A DNA stretch of 64,000 bases, from the NCBI GenBank assembly GCA_965226495.1, contig OZ245365.1, positions 2,272,001 through 2,336,000 of the forward strand. Reading direction: 5' to 3'. Origin of the DNA: Candidatus Marinacidobacterales bacterium (GTDB lineage: Bacteria > Acidobacteriota > Vicinamibacteria > Marinacidobacterales > DATDRI01). Every line of letters starts with the position of its first letter. Within the stretch, counting starts at the first letter, position 1. This document shows positions 59,834 through 64,000 of this stretch, one piece after another. The translations under genes were made by a program, and so were the position numbers. The notes beneath the pieces are model-generated. The model made no database searches. It was not told where the DNA came from and saw nothing but the letters and a program-made list of their open reading frames with translations.

Positions 59834-61576
59834 ATGAAGCACTCGAAAATGGCTTTGATCCTTGCCGTTATGGTGCTGAGTTCAGCGGCAGCGTCGGAAG
59901 GTCCTCGACTCCATTTTGTCGCCACGGCTCGGCAATTTGGTCCGGTCGGTTATCGGGATCCGGCGGGCGCGATGTCGCCAGATGGAGTCTGGTTGGCATA
60001 CTCGGTCGGCCGCACGCTCCGGGCACAACGGATCGACGGCGGGCCAGTGCATGAAGTCGGCGCTATCAATAGTCAGATTCGTTACATTGCGTGGCTTCCC
60101 GACAGTCGGCACGTGGCGGTTCGAGATCGGGAGCCGGATACCGGAGCACCGAGCTGGGAGGTCTTCGAGGTACTAACTGGCAAGAAGGAGCGGCTCTGGC
60201 CCAATAATCCCGAGGCGGCACGCCTCAGCCACCTCGCGTGGTCGCCGGATGGTGGCAGCGTCGCTGGCGTCTTGCGGCAGGGGGATGGTTCGCAGCTATG
60301 GCGAATGGACGGGAGTGGAAAGCAGATCACGGTCACCGAGAGCAAGGCTCGCCTCTCGTATCCGGTTTGGACGCCCCACGGCGCAAAGATAGCCTGTCTC
60401 GTTTTCGGGAACGGATCACAGCGTGTGAGTCTCGACTGCGAAGCGGATCCAAACGGATCGGGGAGTTGGGATCAAGAAGGCTACGGTCGTTTCGCCCTTT
60501 CGGCCGACGGCAAGAAGATTTACCTCGCCGCTCCGAACGAACACGGCATGCTAGATGTGTGGTCGCGAGGACTCGCCGATGGAAAGATGACGCGACTGAG
60601 TGCGTTTTCGAGAGATGCTTATGAGATCACGGCGGCAGCAGACGGCCGCGTTTTGTTCAAGACCCAAATCTACGACCCCCGCATCGCAGTGGTTCCTGCG
60701 AACGGGGGACCTACAAGGGAACTCGCGACATTTCTAGCCGAGACTCCGTCTTGGGATTGGACCGGAACAAAAGTCGGGTTCACGTACGGAAACTGGCGGC
60801 GGGTGATCGATGATTTCCATTACCCGGACATTGCGCAACACGTCGGGGTGATCACCGTAGGAGGTTCGGCGGCGACCGAACCGGAGCATACGGTTCAGTC
60901 GTCGACTTCCGAAGATCAAGGCATGTGTTGGTCTCCGAATGGGAAGTGGATCGCCTTTCATTCTCATTTCGGTCCTTCCGACGATCTGTGGATTGAGCCA
61001 GCGGACGGCTCACAAGCGTCACGTCAGATCACGCGAGACGGGCACGAGACCGGCTGGCCGCGTTGGTCGCCGGACGGGAAGTGGCTGATCTACCCTAGCC
61101 ATGTCAATGATCGGCCGAAGGCTCGGATCTACGTCGTGGGAATGGACCAAGAGACCGGCACCGTCACCCGACCTCAGCAAGAAGTGCCACTGGAAGGTTT
61201 CACGCAGCACGCGATGCAGACCGAGTGGATGCCGGACAGCGAAACGCTGGTCTTCGAAAGCGGTGGACCTCCCGGAAAGAAGGCGATCTACACCGTGAGT
61301 CGCACCGGAGGACGACCGAAATTAATCCATCAGTGGGATAGCGAGCAACATTACTCGGGGATTGGCCTCTCGCCCGACGGCAAGTGGGTTGCGTTCGTCG
61401 GGCCTTCCTCCAACGGTTACTTCCAGATCTTTCGCGTGCCGGCCACCGGTGGAACCCCCGAGCAGATCACGTTTGATCCCACGGACAAAACCCAGCCCTC
61501 ATATTCTCCGGACGGGGACCGTATCGTCTTTACGGTCTTCAGTTACGAGTCCCAGTTCTGGCTCGTCTCGCCCTGA
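59834..61576 (+). CDS. Secreted TolB/PD40 beta-propeller protein
   Basis: Signal peptide; many WSPDG repeats. Confidence 0.85.
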   Translation: MKHSKMALILAVMVLSSAAASEGPRLHFVATARQFGPVGYRDPAGAMSPDGVWLAYSVGRTLRAQRIDGGPVHEVGAINSQIRYIAWLPDSRHVAVRDREPDTGAPSWEVFEVLTGKKERLWPNNPEAARLSHLAWSPDGGSVAGVLRQGDGSQLWRMDGSGKQITVTESKARLSYPVWTPHGAKIACLVFGNGSQRVSLDCEADPNGSGSWDQEGYGRFALSADGKKIYLAAPNEHGMLDVWSRGLADGKMTRLSAFSRDAYEITAAADGRVLFKTQIYDPRIAVVPANGGPTRELATFLAETPSWDWTGTKVGFTYGNWRRVIDDFHYPDIAQHVGVITVGGSAATEPEHTVQSSTSEDQGMCWSPNGKWIAFHSHFGPSDDLWIEPADGSQASRQITRDGHETGWPRWSPDGKWLIYPSHVNDRPKARIYVVGMDQETGTVTRPQQEVPLEGFTQHAMQTEWMPDSETLVFESGGPPGKKAIYTVSRTGGRPKLIHQWDSEQHYSGIGLSPDGKWVAFVGPSSNGYFQIFRVPATGGTPEQITFDPTDKTQPSYSPDGDRIVFTVFSYESQFWLVSP

Positions 61577-61768
61577 GGGGCGCACAGTAAGGCGGTGCCA
61601 CCGCCAAATGGACTGACGCCCAAACCACTCCCGTGCTTGTCTCCAGTGGACAGGGCGGATTGTCATGTTGTATAGTTATGACACTCGAAAAACTTAAAGT
61701 GCAGAGCGGCTACTATTCGCGTTCTGTTGGCTTGGTCGCGGCGAAGTCTTCTTCCCCAAGGGAGCGTG

Positions 61769-63853
61769 ATGCGGCAGGACCAGCGCATTCTCTTTGTAGA
61801 CGACGAAATTTCTTCCCGGGAAGCGTTCGCTTCTTCTTTGAAGCCGCTCGGCTTCCATATCGATCTTGCAAGTGACGCCGAAGAGGCGCTCTCTCTGGCC
61901 AGCCGCCATCAATATACGGTTGTCGCAGCCGATCTCCGTATGTCGGGCGCCGACGGTCTCAGTCTCATCGAGCGTCTCCGCGTGAAATGTCCGTGGGCGA
62001 CATATCTCTTGGTCACCGAGACCGCTAACCTCGGCGTTCCGGTCGATTCGCGCACGGTCGATGGAGTCCTTGCCAAGCCATGGAGTCCCGACGGCGTGTG
62101 CGCAGCCATTCGAGACGCTGTCCAACTGCATGCTGCCCGAGCAGGAGCGGAAGCCTGGAGCCCTCACGCGATCGGGGATCCGGCAAGCGCCATTCTTCTC
62201 ATCGAAGACAAGCCCGGTGACAAGCAGGTGGTCTCAGAACTGTTGACAAACTCTGCGGGAACGAATCACCGTGTCATACAAGTTAATCGCTTGAGCGAGG
62301 CGCTGAGATTGATGGACGGCACTTCCTTCAAGGCCGCATTCGTCGACATCGGAGTTCCCGACGCGCGCGGGCTCGAGTCTGTCGCCCGGCTGCGCGCCGC
62401 CGCGTCATCGCTACCCATCATCGTGTTAGCGGGAATAGATGATGAAGGTCTAGCGGTCCAGGCGCTGCAAGTTGGAGCGCAGGACTACATTCTCAAAGGT
62501 TTGTTCGACACCGGACTTCTCAATCGGGCGCTTCGCTACGCCATCGAACGGAAGGAATCCGAGGAGAAGCTCACGCGCTTGGCGTCCTACGACCAACTTA
62601 CGACGTTGGCCAACCGCCGACTGTTTCATGAAAGGCTTTCCCTGGCCTTGGCTCGGGCGAAACGCCGGGAAACCCATGTGACCGTGCTGGTTCTCAATCT
62701 GGATCGATTCAAGAGCATCAATGAGAGCTTCGGTTATGAGGCAGGGGATGCCCTTCTACGGGAAGTGGGCAAGCGGCTCAGTGAGAGTGTGAGGGAGTTC
62801 GAGACCTTGGCGCGTTTGGGTGGTGATGAGTTCGCCATCATCTTGGATGACCTCGAGCAGGAACAAGAGGCCACTGTGGTTGCGCAACGCGTTCTCGACA
62901 CGCTCGCAACTCCGTACCGAGTGAATGACCAAGAAGCAGTCGTCACCGGGAGCGTGGGCATAGCCTTCTATCCAGAGAACGGAGAGACGATCGATCAACT
63001 ACTCAAGTGTGCGGACTCGGCCATGCATCGCTCCAAAGAACGGGGAAGGAATAGTTATCAAATCTTCAGCAAGGAAATGCACTCCGACGTTCTCACCCGA
63101 ATGAGCCTGGAAAGGGATTTGCGCCACGCCTTGGAACGGGACGAATTTCGACTGCACTACCAACCGCAGCTATCTCTGGAGGACAACGAGCTCTTGGCTG
63201 TCGAGGCGTTGGTGCGGTGGGAGCACCCCGAGCGCGGTCTGATCGCGCCGATGGACTTCATCTATCTCCTCGAGGATACCGGTCTGATTATTGCCGCCGG
63301 GGAGTGGATCCTTCGAAAGGCTTGCGGGCAGGTGCGAGAGTGGCAAACTGGAGGGTTCAACAACCTGCGGGTGGCAGTCAACCTGTCGCCGAGGCAGTTC
63401 GAAGACAAGAATCTAGTCCAGGTCGTTCGCCGTGCGCTCGAGGATTTCCAGCTCGCTCCGCAATGTCTGGAGCTCGAGATCACCGAGAGCCATCTCATGC
63501 AGGACACCGAGCGGACCAAGGCGACGCTAGCCAGCATCAAATCCCTCGGCGTTCGGATTGCGGTGGACGACTTCGGGACGGGTTACTCGTCTTTGTCCTA
63601 CCTCAGAAAATTTCCCATCGATTCCCTCAAGATTGACAAGACCTTTGTGAGGGACATCACCACCGATCGGGACGATGCATCGATCGCGGCAGGAATCATC
63701 GGATTAGGACACAACCTCAGGCTGGACGTGATCGCCGAGGGCGTCGAGACGGAGGAGCAGTTGGCTTTTCTCTACAAGGAAGGCTGTGACGCGATCCAAG
63801 GCTATCTTTGCGGTCGACCGCAGCCGGCGGACGTCCTTCCTCGCGAGATATAA
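61769..63853 (+). CDS. REC-REC-GGDEF-EAL c-di-GMP signalling protein
   Basis: ILFVDD, ILLIED, RLGGDEF, EALVRW, DDFGTGYSS. Confidence 0.95.
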   Translation: MRQDQRILFVDDEISSREAFASSLKPLGFHIDLASDAEEALSLASRHQYTVVAADLRMSGADGLSLIERLRVKCPWATYLLVTETANLGVPVDSRTVDGVLAKPWSPDGVCAAIRDAVQLHAARAGAEAWSPHAIGDPASAILLIEDKPGDKQVVSELLTNSAGTNHRVIQVNRLSEALRLMDGTSFKAAFVDIGVPDARGLESVARLRAAASSLPIIVLAGIDDEGLAVQALQVGAQDYILKGLFDTGLLNRALRYAIERKESEEKLTRLASYDQLTTLANRRLFHERLSLALARAKRRETHVTVLVLNLDRFKSINESFGYEAGDALLREVGKRLSESVREFETLARLGGDEFAIILDDLEQEQEATVVAQRVLDTLATPYRVNDQEAVVTGSVGIAFYPENGETIDQLLKCADSAMHRSKERGRNSYQIFSKEMHSDVLTRMSLERDLRHALERDEFRLHYQPQLSLEDNELLAVEALVRWEHPERGLIAPMDFIYLLEDTGLIIAAGEWILRKACGQVREWQTGGFNNLRVAVNLSPRQFEDKNLVQVVRRALEDFQLAPQCLELEITESHLMQDTERTKATLASIKSLGVRIAVDDFGTGYSSLSYLRKFPIDSLKIDKTFVRDITTDRDDASIAAGIIGLGHNLRLDVIAEGVETEEQLAFLYKEGCDAIQGYLCGRPQPADVLPREI

Positions 63854-63893
63854 AGCAGTCCCTTCTAGTGTCCTGTATCAGTAGATCGTTGCC

Positions 63894-64000
63894 TAAAGCT
63901 CGAGACCATTTTGTGGGCTGGCGAGGAGTGACGACGACGTCATATCTGGATATTTCGAGGAGTAACAACGAAGCCAGCGCGCAAAAGGGGCCGAGACTTA
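63894..64000. repeat. Structured REP/MITE-like element
   Basis: Inverted arms TTTTGTGGGCTGGC / GCCAGCGCGCAAAA, internal direct repeat CGAGGAGTRACRACGA x2, central ATATC-TG-GATAT. Confidence 0.45.

Overview
GC-rich bacterial chromosomal window. The gene content (Hanks kinase + PD40 beta-propeller genes, ihf-merR-tRNA-Pro-surE synteny, DUF222-like HNH) suggests Acidobacteriota, possibly Vicinamibacteria; this is inference. Positions 1-25.8 kb are mostly housekeeping: HU, der, IHF, MerR, two tRNA-Pro, surE, a glycogen cluster (glgA, glgC, glgP, malQ, GH57, glgB), acyP, apt and tRNA-Arg(CCT). Positions 25.8-43.0 kb are a ~17.2 kb island bounded by a perfect 51-bp duplication of the tRNA-Arg 3' half, with no integrase visible. 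The island carries a divergent proteasome-beta/HslV-like Ntn hydrolase, a frameshifted SNase, a P-loop ATPase with an exact internal duplication, two IS3-family elements, and a head-to-tail array of receptor-like Ser/Thr kinases. These kinases have a conserved kinase domain, a variable propeller, a conserved C-terminal tail and identical stop-NNN-ATG junctions; short kinase 5' stubs also sit in front of unrelated genes. Positions 43-64 kb hold catabolic and envelope genes, a sulfatase pseudogene, an HNH element with a structured upstream region and a REC-REC-GGDEF-EAL protein. Best novelty candidates are the kinase array with its stubs, the island Ntn protease plus ATPase, and the HNH element. 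All calls come from reading motifs by eye; no searches were run.
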